Below the pieces are notes generated by a model. That model did not search any database and had not been told where the DNA came from. It saw only the letters and a list, made by a program, of their open reading frames with translations. Positions 12,220 through 24,234 of a stretch of 64,000 nt of DNA are shown here, one piece after another. Both the position numbers and the translations under genes were made by a program. The first letter of the stretch is position 1, and the number at the start of each line of letters is the position of its first letter. Source of the stretch: Neodothiora populina. Its lineage: Eukaryota. The stretch is from positions 186,001 through 250,000 of the forward strand of contig NW_027191407.1 of NCBI RefSeq assembly GCF_041146345.1. Reading direction: 5' to 3'.

Positions 12220-12440
12220 GGTTTTTGATTACTCGGCTGTTCAAAGAAAGAGAAAGTATGGTGTTATTGAAGATCAGGTATGTTCGGGGTATTACAGTAA
12301 AAGTAATAAAGTCTCGGGGGTGAATTGCGGCTTTGTGGCTTTCTGATTGGCTGAATCTTCTCTCAAGCCGTCGGTATGCAGAGTACAGTAATTACCCCCA
12401 CTTCGTCCAGGTACAAAGGATATGGGCTGGCTTTTGTTGA

Positions 12441-12447
12441 TGAGTCA
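12441..12447. promoter_or_regulatory. putative Gcn4/CpcA site TGAGTCA upstream of SER2
   Basis: Perfect heptamer about 115 bp before the SER2 ATG. Confidence 0.5.
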
Positions 12448-12561
12448 AATAATTTCTCGAAGCTGTGGTAGAACATTGTGTAATAACCGATCTACACAAT
12501 TCGAGTTCCAGGAAAAGGGAACAAGAATTCACTCATTCATTAAAAAGAAAAGAAAGCGACC

Positions 12562-13785
12562 ATGTCAGCGCCCGGTGCTGTGAACTACGAAACATTCTCC
12601 TTTGCGGCGAACCCGCAGGGCGAGCAGCAGCCGACCGGGACTACGACAACTGAAAAAGGCAGGAGGAGATCCAGTGCCCGGGGACGATCGTCTCCCAAAC
12701 ACCAAGTCGTCGCTCTCGTCTTGTCCAAGTCTGGACCTCTTGCCGCCGAGCAATGGAAGACGGTCACTCCGCTAGTCGTCTATACTCTGCAGGAAGAGCT
12801 GGGCCTGCGACGCTCCCTCTCTATCCCGCGCCGCTTCCTCGACGAGACCAATGCCTCTGAAAACGATGGTTTAGTACCGACGGACCATCAATCCACCACT
12901 ACCCCCGAGAAGCCCTCACCCTCGCACCCATGTCGAATTCTCGAACTCAGCATTCCTCTTCCGCAAAAGACGCCGCTCCCAGACCTCGCGCAATGCAGCG
13001 TCATCAGCAAAGCCCTCGCCATAGTCTCGCTGTGCCAGCGCAACGACATCGAACTCGTCATCCAGCCGCACTCGCTCTACCTCGCTCATCGAACTCCTGG
13101 CCTGGCCGTCTTCGACATGGACAGCACCCTGATCCAACAGGAAGTCATCGACGAGCTCGCACGCGCGGTGGGACGCTACGCCGAGGTCTCGGCCATCACG
13201 GAAGCTGCGATGAGGGGCGAGGCGCCCTACACGGATTTTGAGGCCAGTCTGAGAGCTAGAGTCGGCCTTTTGGCCGGTGTGCCTACGAGCATCTGGGATC
13301 ATCTACGCACGGGCATCATCACATTCACACCTGGCGCGCGAGAGCTGCTGCGCATGCTCAAGAAACTCGGCTGGAAGACGGCGGTCTTGAGTGGTGGCTT
13401 CACCCCATTGGCCATGTGGGTCAAGAGTGAGCTGGGACTGGACTACTGTTTCGCGAATCACCTTGTCGAGTCGAACGGTGTGCTGACTGGAGAGCTGGTG
13501 GCCGGCATGCCAATCATTCATGCGACGAAGAAGAGAGAATTGCTCGAAGAGATTGCGAACGCAGAGGGCATACCGCTGGACAACGTTATCGCTGTTGGCG
13601 ATGGAAGCAATGATCTATTGATGATGCACAAGGCAGGACTTGGAATTGCTTTCAATGCGAAGCCCAAGGTGCAGCTACAAGCTCCGGTAAAGCTGAACGC
13701 TGCAGGTCTTCTGGATGTTGGCTATATTCTAGGCTACTCTGTGGACGAGGTGACCGAGCTCTCGCAGCAAGGAACGGTATGGTGA
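12562..13785 (+). CDS. SER2: phosphoserine phosphatase (HAD family)
   Basis: AVFDMDSTLIQQEVIDELA, ITEAAMRGE, VLSGGF, AVGDGSNDLLM, GIAFNAKPKV. Confidence 0.95.
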   Translation: MSAPGAVNYETFSFAANPQGEQQPTGTTTTEKGRRRSSARGRSSPKHQVVALVLSKSGPLAAEQWKTVTPLVVYTLQEELGLRRSLSIPRRFLDETNASENDGLVPTDHQSTTTPEKPSPSHPCRILELSIPLPQKTPLPDLAQCSVISKALAIVSLCQRNDIELVIQPHSLYLAHRTPGLAVFDMDSTLIQQEVIDELARAVGRYAEVSAITEAAMRGEAPYTDFEASLRARVGLLAGVPTSIWDHLRTGIITFTPGARELLRMLKKLGWKTAVLSGGFTPLAMWVKSELGLDYCFANHLVESNGVLTGELVAGMPIIHATKKRELLEEIANAEGIPLDNVIAVGDGSNDLLMMHKAGLGIAFNAKPKVQLQAPVKLNAAGLLDVGYILGYSVDEVTELSQQGTVW

Positions 13786-14392
13786 GAACATTTTTTCGAC
13801 ATTGTTGATGGTTGTGTACCCAAGTGCCGATGAGAAGGATGTTCTGAAGGTGCCAAGGTGGATCTTGCAAAATTGTTATTTGTATTGTTGTCATGGCTTC
13901 ATGTATCATGACGAGCGTGACATTTGCGCTCAATGAATAGATCCAAGTCCTTGGACATTGGCGACAAAGAGTCCTTGCCGGAATTAGGCCGGCGTGTAAT
14001 CTGGAAACAGTATGCTACTGAAGCACCTCTACAATCCCCCCGTCCGAGATGTCTTCGGGTCGTACGAGATACTCCTTCAAGAGTGCTCACCACGCCTGGC
14101 GCTTGTGATAAGGCTCGATTGGTGACCATCGTTGGATTGGGTCGTGCCGTCGTAGATATCGACCAGACCGACCGCTCCGACTTGCTTCCAACGAACACAA
14201 TTCTGACCGATGCCGTCATTAGCTGCTTTGGTAGCAGAGGCTCGATCTTGCGGCCCCGTGTAGGGATTATCGTGATCCGAATGCATTTGAGGCTCCTACA
14301 CTGGCGCGACGCGCATGTCTGTGAGCGCGGTTCCTGGGTCCAAACGAGCTACGGCGGCGGCTCGAATGTTCATCTTCGGGAACTTGGCCATA

Positions 14393-15541
14393 CTAAAACC
14401 AGATCTTGATGAGCTCCTCGCTCACTGCAGAGGGCAAGAGGACTCCGGACTCGGTGATGATACCGGAGATCAGGTTTGGAGGCTACAATGATGAAGTTAG
14501 CAAGACGTGAGAACGAAGACAATGCAGAGGCAAACATACGGTAAAGTCCACGGCTTCGGCAACAGCAGGAGACTCGGACGAAATGGAAGCAGCGTCACCA
14601 TCCATGTCGGCAACTCCCTCATCCTTTGCGCTGACGGTGCTTCTCATGCTATTCGCGCTCTTAGGCCTCTCATCCTTGCCATCAGCAGTCTTGAATTCCA
14701 CGATCCTCTGATCGATGCCAAGGTCCAGCTGGCCGAGAGGATATAGTCGAACAAATTTGTGACTCTCGCTGACAACATAAAAGGGCTTTCCTGCGGCTTT
14801 GGCGAGCATGGCGATCTGATAAGTGCCCAGTCTACTGATGATACCTCCGTTCTCCACAACGCCCTCGGCTCCGACGAAGCATTGAGTGACTTGCTGCAGG
14901 CAGTATGCGATGGCAGTTGGTGGGATGGTTGCGACCGGGATGCCTAGCTTCCTCAAGACGGAGATGTTCTCAGTGCTCTCAGCGTCAGGAGCATGAGAAG
15001 AAACAACATAGATGACTCTGAAGCGGATGCTGCCCTGAGCACCAAATCCTCCACTAGCCTCCGCGGCTGACCGTAAAAGCGCGCCAACAACACGCGAACC
15101 ACCGTTGGTCAAAACAGTGTTGCCATCTCTCACAAAGTGTTTTCCGAAGCTGGCAATCTTGTCTCTTGCTTCCTTGGCACGCTCCACGAACAACTTTCCG
15201 TTCTGCACCAAATGGTCCCGGATCGCGTCGAAGTCCCCGCCTCTGCTGCTGCTGCTGCCTCCGCGCGGGTTCTGGAGCGTCGTGATGATGTAGCGCTGGA
15301 AGAGGTCGGTACCAGCGGAAAGTGAGATTGGATTTGGTATTTTGCGTTTTAGTTCTGCGGTCAACGTAGAGAGAAGGTCAAGCGTTTCTGAGACGGTGGT
15401 GGCGGGAATATCGTGAAGTGCTTCGACGAGTGCTTCGATGGCGGCGACGGGCATAGTAATATCAGGATCGCTGGCGAGGATCTTGTGGTAAGCGGCCACG
15501 ACGTCGAAGTCGCTCGCGGCGGTGGACTTTGGGAGGGCCAT
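14393..15541 (-). CDS. GCN3: translation initiation factor eIF2B alpha subunit
   Basis: MPVAAIEAL, ISLSAGTDLF, VGAEGVVENGG, ESHKFVRLYPL, VDFT/PPNLISGIITESGVLLPSAVSEELIKIWF*. Intron about 14539-14483. Confidence 0.95.
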
Positions 15542-15898
15542 GTCTGCCGGAGAGATGAGGTGAGGGCGAGAAGCCGGACCGAAAAGTTGTATCTAAGTGG
15601 TGTGTTTGTTGGAGATGGACCAGAAAAACCCGAATTAATTAAATGTGGTTGCGGAGGATGTACTTGTACAGTCCAGTGGAATTATTGTTCGTAGCTACTG
15701 TAATGTCTGACTCTGTCGAAAACTGGAGGGTTTGAGTCATGGACTTCATGCCGTCACTGAATTCTATTCCGGCCCTCCGGACTTTCCACCAGATTGTATG
15801 TGGCAATCATTTTTTTCTTGAGCACTTTACAGAACAGTATTCTCTTTGACTCAAGACTTTTATGAATTAATTCTAGCAAAGGCCATAGCAGACCAAAG

Positions 15899-17119
15899 AT
15901 GCCAGGCAGAGGATTATCCACAGGCACGAATGGCAGTGCTGCAGCAAAGCAGACCTGCGCTCAGTGTCAAGAAAATGAAGCATTTGAGAATGTAAGAGGA
16001 AGATATATGTGCAGGTTCGTTTTATTATCAACCCGCATCCATCGCTCATCACTTCTAATTCAAGCAAATTAAAGAACTTGCTTCCGGCGGTACATTGAAA
16101 CAAAATGTGTCAAGCGAATGGAAGCTTTCCGGACTCGACACTCCTCCGCAGACCAACATCGATTACTATTGTTACCTCTGTCACTGGGACTTTCGTCTGT
16201 CACGCTATTGCAACTCCTGGAGGACCAACTCAAGAGACAAGTCTCAAAGTCTGGCCGAACGGGATTTGAATTGCATGTTCTTCACGTAGATGACAGCCCA
16301 TCCGTGGACTCCAACAATGATAGCCAAAGTGCAGCCATCCTGGAAAGGATAAAGTCGCGCTACCCTAAGCATGCTTACTCGATATGTCCACTGTCGGATG
16401 TCATGGCGCTGCCAGACATCGAGGACGTTCTTAACCAAAACAACATCGATACAGCCTCCTCGACGCCACTCACAGATGCATCAACAAATGATGGAAAATT
16501 ACTAAACTTCCTCTCTTCTCTTCCCTCAATGACTGCCCGCACAGACGCATTTCAGATCCTACGCCAGCGCCTAATAGTATCGGTCGCAAAATCACTATCT
16601 TGCGAGGCGATTCTATGGAGCGACACGACTACCCGACTTGCAGAGAAAACACTATCCGAGACAGCCAAAGGACGAGGTTTCAGTTTGGCATGGGCCATTT
16701 CTGATGGTCCTTCACCCCACGGAATCGATTTCTATTATCCTATGCGGGATCTGCTGAAGAAGGAACTGGTAGCCTACGCATCAATCGAGGAAATCGGACT
16801 GCAAGAGATTGCGATTCCCGAGAAGCCAACCAGCACAGTCGTGTCGGCTAAGAACAGCTCAATCGATGAGCTCATGCGCGGATACTTCGAGAATGTGGAA
16901 GCCAATTATCCCTCTATCGTTGCGAATGTTGTTCGCACAACAGGCAGGTTGCAGGCGCCGACAACAGCCACGGCGCAGGGAGACTCGAAATGCGGACTTT
17001 GTGGTCTTCCCATCATCTCTGCTGGTGGGGAAGATGGATTCAAGGTCAAGGGGATGACCAGACATGGCATCCAATTTTGCCACGGCTGCGCTCGGTCGTT
17101 TCCGCTCAGTTCGGCGTGA
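15899..17119 (+). CDS. NCS2: cytoplasmic tRNA 2-thiolation protein 2
   Basis: Exon 1 MPGRG..CAQC..VRGRYMCR, intron 16015-16074, then TCFRRYIETKCVKRME, LPLSLGLSS, RLAEKTLSETAKGRG, YPSIVANVVRT, CGLC..CHGC. Confidence 0.9.
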
Positions 17120-19083
17120 TCGAAGTCCAGTCACAAACCGTGAATTGATGGTAACTTGGACAAAGTCTATTTTAAACAGGACTTGAAGATGTATGATTTT
17201 ATGACGAATCTGTTGACCCGCCAAGTCGGACAGACAAGATGATGTTCTTAGGCAGCTATTGAAGGAGGGAAACAAGGGTGTCTTCTCTGTAATACCAGTT
17301 TGTCGAATCGAGCATGAGAAAGACACCAGCAAGCAGCGCCGTCAGCCATTCATATGCCTGGCATGACCGGCACACAATGCATGATTCACTACTCCACTCT
17401 TGGTCGCGTAAGGAAGAGAGACACGACATGCGCTGTCATACAGGCAGAGAAACATACAGAAAATAGGGTTCTGCACTGGATTCGCTGCAAAATGGGCTAT
17501 GTCGGACGGCAAATGAATAGCGTATTTGTACCTGTCAAGAGGACAAGACTGCACGATACTGAGGAGGAACTGCAACGAGTCACGTAAAACTCGTATGGAC
17601 TCATTCTGTGTACATATGTAGCTGTCCCTATTTTTCCAAATGCGCTCTAATCATCGATTAATCAATGCTGTTATAATGCCGTGCTCCTGCTGTCCGTCTT
17701 CGCTCTCTTGAATGTGCTCAACATGCGCGACATAGATTCAATCCTCACTATCACTCGCTCTGTTCAGTTCATAGGTTCTCGAATGTAGTGTTACAGTAAC
17801 AATACCGAGCAAGAGCGCAAAAGCTGTCAGCTTCAAAGATTTATCCTATTGCTTATATTGCTAAAGGGGGGAACCCTGTCTGCCGCATCCTGCTAGACCG
17901 TAGTTAACCGTTGTATGCGACCTTACAACTCGCCTTTAGGTAAACACTCAATCAAGATCAAGTAATAAGTGCTGCGACAATTGTTAAACCCCGGCTTCGA
18001 AGACTGTAGGCAACAATCTTGATGCCGTACTGACAGCATGTATACACGTACGATCTCTACGCTGTGGGACCACTCTTCTGTTTGCTTCAAGTGCTCGATG
18101 ACGTGGATGCATCTAACAGCGATATGCCCGTCACATGCGTACTCGACATGACACGGTCAACTATGACTGTGAACTCACCTTCACATACTATAGGCATAGG
18201 AAAAAAGCAACCTACCTGAGGATTCTGTTATAATGGCGGACACATTAATCAGAAAATCCTATGACCACAAGTTTCGTTATCGGATAGAGATGCTTGAAAG
18301 TGTGAAAGTTTAGATACACATATGGAACTCTATGATCTCACCAGGCAGCAAGGGTGAGCCCTACATCTCGATAGCATCTCTGGAAGGGACTGGCCTTTGC
18401 TCTGCTTTGCATATTGCAGCATGCTCCCCGCGTCGACCACCCGCCGCCGCCGCCGACACCGCTCGTACATTAGCCGCAGCGCTGCATAAGGTAAGCAAAA
18501 TTGTCGCACGACTTCATATCATCGGGTGAGGCAAGGATCAGAGTGTATTCAGCAGCGCGCGAATGAGCTGATAAGGTCAAGGAGAGATGAAGGTCAAAGA
18601 AGTTTGTGCACTGGCTGGGGGAAAAGGTTGGCCGGGGCACACGACAAGTCGTTAATGGAAGAGTCATATCTCATAGTCAAAGAGTCAAAATAATCTAATC
18701 GGAAACCCACCTCTTCCACATGTCAATTATTGTCCCTCTCCCCCATTTCCTCTCCGCCTTTCTTTCCCGTCGTTCGTCGTCGTCGGTCTTTGCATTCTCT
18801 TTGCCTTTATCGGTAACTTTCCCCCCTCTTGTTCTAACCACCCTCTCCCACCTCTGTTCAAGATCTCCCGAATCCGTTACCGAAAGCATACTACGGCGAC
18901 CAGAAACAAGAGTCACCGATCGCGTTTCATTTGGGGAAGCACAATCCCTCACGCCATACACACAATCGACAAGCCAAGTGGCTGTCCCGCATTCTTCTCG
19001 TCTCCGACACGACACCCCCTCACCCAGAAGTGTAATCCCACTCTAGCGCGCAGCAACGAGTGCGACGCCCTTGGACCACCACA

Positions 19084-21055
19084 ATGTCAAACGCGTCATT
19101 ATTTAGGACTGGAAGGCCTTTGAGCCGGATGTATGTGAGTCTTCCATTTCCCCACATCTGCCTTGCCTCTCTGTACTGTTGTACTCGTCACAAGCTACCT
19201 ACCTTGTATGTGCATTCATATCTGTGTATGCCATGTGAGTTGATCAGGTGCTCGCTGATCTGACATTCTTGATTGACTTGCTGTTTTATTCCATGTCATT
19301 GATTCCACTGTCACACGTTACATAGTCAATCTTGTTAAACACACAAGCTGCCAATATAGTCAAGTGTATAGTGGAGGACTGACGAGAGCTGCTTTGACTC
19401 ACAGAAGACCGTCCATCGCCCTTGCGCAACATCTAGAATGCACCTTGCCGGACCGCTTGGTTCGTTACCACTACCCTTCACTATGACTCAGAACAAGGCA
19501 AGCTCGACCGGCGCCCCAGGCCACAAGCGGTTAGACATCTCCAACATCAACCCAAGTGTGCTGGAGGCCAAGTACGCAGTGCGCGGAGAGCTTGCAATCA
19601 AGAGCGAGAAGTACAGGGAGGAGCTCGAGAAGGGCGACAGCAAGCTCCCGTTCGACACCGTCATCTCCGCCAATATCGGCAATCCGCAGCAATTAGACCA
19701 GAAACCCATCACCTTCTTCCGACAAGTTCTTTCGTTACTGGAGAATCCGATGTTACTGGAACACCCCGACGTCCTGATAAAATCGTTGGGCTACAAGCCA
19801 GATGTGATCGAGAGGGCACAGAGCTTGCTGGAGGATGTCAAGAGTGTGGGAGCGTATTCGCAATCCAAGGGTGCTACGGGTATCAGGGAGTCAGTCGCAC
19901 GATTCATCGAGCGAAGAGACGGCTTCCCTGCGGATCCAGAATTGATTCACATGTCGGCGGGCGCATCAGGAGGTGTGAACACCCTCATGCAGATAATCTG
20001 CGCAGGATCAGACTCCGGCGTTCTTGTACCCATTCCACAATACCCGCTATACACTGCTACTCTTGCTCTTATGAATGCCAAGGTGGTGCCGTATCTTCTG
20101 GAAGAGAGCAATCAGTGGGGAACGGATCTCACGGCCATCAAGGAAGCCCATGCCAAAGCCAAGAGCGAGGGAGTCGACGTGCGCGCCATTGTCATCATCA
20201 ACCCTGGCAACCCGACGGGAGCATGCCTGACGAGTGAAGAGATCAAGGAAGTGCTCGAGTTTGCCGCGGACGAAAAGTTGGTGGTTATAGCCGACGAAGT
20301 CTACCAAACCAACATCTTCGAGGGCGATTTCAAGAGTTTCAGGAAGAGCCTGCATGAGCTGCAGGCGTCGGGATCCGGTAAATACGACGATGTGGAGTTG
20401 GCCAGTTTGCACTCGACATCCAAGGGCATGGTAGGCGAATGCGGACACCGTGGAGGATATTTTGAGCTGCTTGGCTTCGACCAAGAGGTGAGTCCTGCTT
20501 GCACTGAATTAGCTAAGACACGCATATGCGTATGGAAGAGGAACGGACAGCCACTAACCTCTTTTCTTGCCAAACTAGGTCCTTCAACAAATCCTCAAAC
20601 TCATTTCCATTCAGCTCTGTCCTCCAGTAATCGGTCAAGCTCTGGTGTCTCTTATGGTTGAGCCTCCAACCCCAGGCTCACCCTCTTACGACCTCTACAA
20701 GTCCGAATACGACGCCATCTTCAACGGCCTGCACAAGCGTGCAATGGCCTTGTACAGCGCCTTTGAGAAGATGGAGGGTGTCGACTGCCAGAAGCCCGCG
20801 GGGTCAATGTACCTCTTCCCTACCATCACACTACCCAAGAAAGCCCTCGAGGAAGCAAAGAAGCAAGGCAAGAAACCGGACGAATTCTACTGCGACAGAA
20901 TGTTGGACGCCACGGGGGTTTGCGTCGTGGCCGGCTCAGGATTTGGCCAGAAGGAGGGGACGCTGCACTTCAGAACCACTTTCCTCGCGCCGGGGACCGA
21001 GTGGACTGGACGCATCGTCAAGTTTCATGAGAAGTTCATGGATGAGTTTCGGTGA
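19084..21055 (+). CDS. ALT1: alanine aminotransferase, 3 exons
   Basis: YAVRGEL, ANIGNPQ, PIPQYPLY, INPGNPTG, ADEVYQ, PLP-lysine motif SLHSTSKG, HFRTTFL. Introns 19135-19404 (inferred) and 20488-20578. Confidence 0.93.
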
Positions 21056-21662
21056 ATGAGGCTGGTCGATGTGTTGTTTCCGTCGTTCTACATTCTATGC
21101 CAGATCAAGGTTGACGTGAACATCCATATTTTATTCTTGAGAGATTGTGATTGGAGTCGGGTGTCGCGAATGACGATGTGAAGTGATTGTAATTGTGGGA
21201 AGGTTGAGTAGGAAGGCAGAGACAAGATAAAGTGGAGAGGAGCGAGCATGACATGACCTGACCATGCCTTATCTGACCAGATGTTCCTGCTGTGTGCGCG
21301 CATGCATGTCCTTATCTCAACTGCTCACCTCGTCTTACGTTGAGTTTTGCTATCAACCGACCATCAGCTGATCATAGAAGCACCGCGAGTCGACGCGATG
21401 ATTTACATGTGGGGTCGCTCGGTGTTATTATCGCATGTCGCTCTTCCAGATCGAACATTGTCAAGTTAAATCGAGATGCAATGGCTCGGATCTCGAAGTC
21501 CACTGTTGCACGTCCTACTATTGTACTACTCTCGTCTAGAACATATCGGTTTAGAAACAGTCACATTGTAAGTATGGGGTTCTTATTTCTTCCGCAATGT
21601 GTGTGGTATTATTGTCGACCAAGTAAAGACACTATGTACTCTTTTGTTCTCTTTTCTTTGTT

Positions 21663-22118
21663 TTAACCAGTGAAGCCGTGCTTGGTCTTGAGTGACTCGA
21701 CGAGCGCAACGTATTTCTTCTGGGCATCCTGAGGGGAAACCTTGTCGTTGACGAGCTTCTCCCATGCTCTGCGCTTGGCCTTGCCCTGTAGATGATCGTC
21801 ATTGTCAGGATATCATCCATGAAAGTAGTATACGATAGAATACGGGAGACAGAGGAGAAGGCGAGGAGCAGATCTTCCCGTACCTTGAGGTCGAACATGC
21901 CAGGTGCTTCTGACTGCTCGAAGGGAGGGTCCTGGGTGCCCTGCTTGAACAGACCGTAGAGCTAAACAAAACCCACCACCGTCAGTTTGTTTGGGTCAAG
22001 CAGAAAGCAAGAGTCATCATCCCTAACGCACCTGGAGGAGCTCGTCATCCGAAGGCTTAGCCTTGAGCTTACGGCTGTCCTCGACAGCTTTCTTGAACTC
22101 GGCAGTTTGGGCAACCAT
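21663..22118 (-). CDS. ACB1: acyl-CoA-binding protein, 3 exons
   Basis: MVAQTAEFKKAVEDSRKLKAKPSDDELLQ/LYGLFKQGTQDPPFEQSEAPGMFDLK/GKAKRRAWEKLVNDKVSPQDAQKKYVALVESLKTKHGFTG*. Confidence 0.93.
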
Positions 22119-22870
22119 CTTGTCTGTTTTGTGTGTATGTGGGTACTGTGATGGAAGTGAAGGTGAGTACAGAGAAGAGAAAAGAGGTGGTAATGTCAGC
22201 TACCTATGTCGGGGCCTATGATGGGATGCTTTCTGTTGCTTGACTGCCCGCTCTCGCTCTAGCTCTAAACAAGTTTTGCCGAGTCGAGGTGCGGGGCGGC
22301 GCGAGGGGGAAATCGGCGTGACGAGCTTGAGTCAGGCCGCAATGACGAACGAGGCAGTTTTCTGTCGCCTGAGGCATCAGATCCTGCGGGCGCGGCCTAT
22401 GCGCTCAGGGTGCGGGGTACACTTACCTACCTGCCCGAGCCTCTCTTACTATTCAGCATGCGCTGATACTCGTCCGAACAAAGCGGTCGTCATTTGGACC
22501 TTTGCAGACAATCTGTAGGGAATAAGAGGCTTCTACAGCCTTACAAAGGTGATTCATGAATCACGATTATACGGGAGCACATGATGTTTTTGTAAGATGA
22601 TTTGTCGGCGTGGCGAACATGTGCACTTTTGTAGACTCGGAGCCGATAAACATAGCAGTCGGCACGTCCGACAGCTCATCATAACGCACATCAACCCGTC
22701 CGTGAAACCGACACAGTATAGACCAAGTCCGACAGATACGTTTGCCCGAGGTAAGTGAAGAGCGTAAGTAAACATCTCAGCATAATCATCGACGTACTCG
22801 TCCAAGTATCTTCTGCTTCAACAACTTTTGCCCAAACACTACATCATAAGCAACATTCCACACCGCGAAC

Positions 22871-23833
22871 ATGTCTTCAACAGCGACTGCCACCGCCAAC
22901 ACAACGGCCACCGATACCATCACATTGGCTGGAGCTCCAGTTGCTGACTCGTCCCGACAAGATGGCAATGGTCCAGAGCTCACTCCGCTACAAGCCATGG
23001 GTCATCGAGGAGTGGCTCCGCCTGGCATTCCCAAATTCACCGATTTCGCCACTCAACGTCAATGGATCCTTGAGCACCTGGCTGGAGCCTTCCGTGTCTT
23101 TGGACGCAATGGCTTCGCAGAGGGAATCGCAGGCCACATCAGTGTGCGTGATCCTGAGTTTCCCGGTCGCTTCTGGATGAACCCCCTCGCCGTACACTTC
23201 TCGATGATGAAAGTCAGCGACTTGATCTGTCTCGATATGCAAGGCAACGTCATTGGCGGAAACACAACCATTCCTGCCAATGCGGCAGGTGTGTCAATCC
23301 ACACAGCCTGCCACATCGCGAGACCGGACGCGCACGCCATCTGCCACGCACACTCGATCAACGGCAAGGCGTGGGCAGCCTTCGGTCGTCCGCTGGACAT
23401 GATCAGCCAGGACGTCTGCTACTTCCACAATGCGCACACCGTGTACGACAACTACGGCGGTATTGCATTCGGAGCCGACGAGGGTCAGAACATTGCACAC
23501 GCACTCGGTGATGCCAGAGCGAGTATCCTCGTCAACCATGGCCTTATCACTGTCGGAAGCACTGTGGACGAAGCGGCGTATCTGTACACGCTTTTGGACA
23601 AGAGCTGCGGCATCCAGCTCATGGCTGAAGCGACGGGGCTCCCGAAGAGGATAGTGCCTGAGGCGGAGGCAGCTGGCACGTTCAAGGTGGCTGCAGACCC
23701 GGTACCGTTCTTTTCTTCACTTTTCTTCAAAACTATCACCAAGCTAATTGACATTATTTAGGAGTGCCTCTATGTGGAATTCCAACCGAGCTACAAGCTC
23801 GAAGAGTATCTGAACCCTGACTTTAAGCAGTAA
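22871..23833 (+). CDS. class II aldolase/adducin family protein
   Basis: EGIAGHISVRDP, FWMNP, Zn-ligand motifs IH, HAH and NHG. Intron 23702-23761, last exon ECLYVEFQP...FKQ*. Confidence 0.9.
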
Positions 23834-24234
23834 GAGTAGTGGGTAGAGAAGAAAAGTAACTCATGATACCAACGCAAATTAAAGTCTCATTATGTTTCAA
23901 TCATAACTGCATCCAGTATCATCTACTATAGATATCAGGTCCTAGAAACCTATGGAATGTGACAATACGTCTTCAGAATGTGCCTGTGTTCATACCTTAG
24001 TTACAGTAATCTTCCATGGCGGAAAGTCGAACACAAATTGTACCGACGTCAGAGCTTCGTCTTAATCAGCGTCTCGAGTCAACTTTTTTGTGCCGAGTAG
24101 CACCATCTAAGATAAACACATACCAACCGTAAACCACCAACGTCACTTTGAAATATCAGAAGTCCTACACGTCGTGCTGCCTGCTTCCACAAGTCATAGA
24201 CCCCCCCGGCTGCGGCCTGCGACTCACCCACACC

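Noticed and set aside
17120..19083. Telomerase RNA or another ncRNA in the 2-kb intergenic gap
   Set aside because: I found no TAACCCTAA-type template and no recognisable snRNA, snoRNA or tRNA here or elsewhere in the window by eye. The gap is best explained as the ALT1 promoter. An Infernal scan would be needed to exclude ncRNA.
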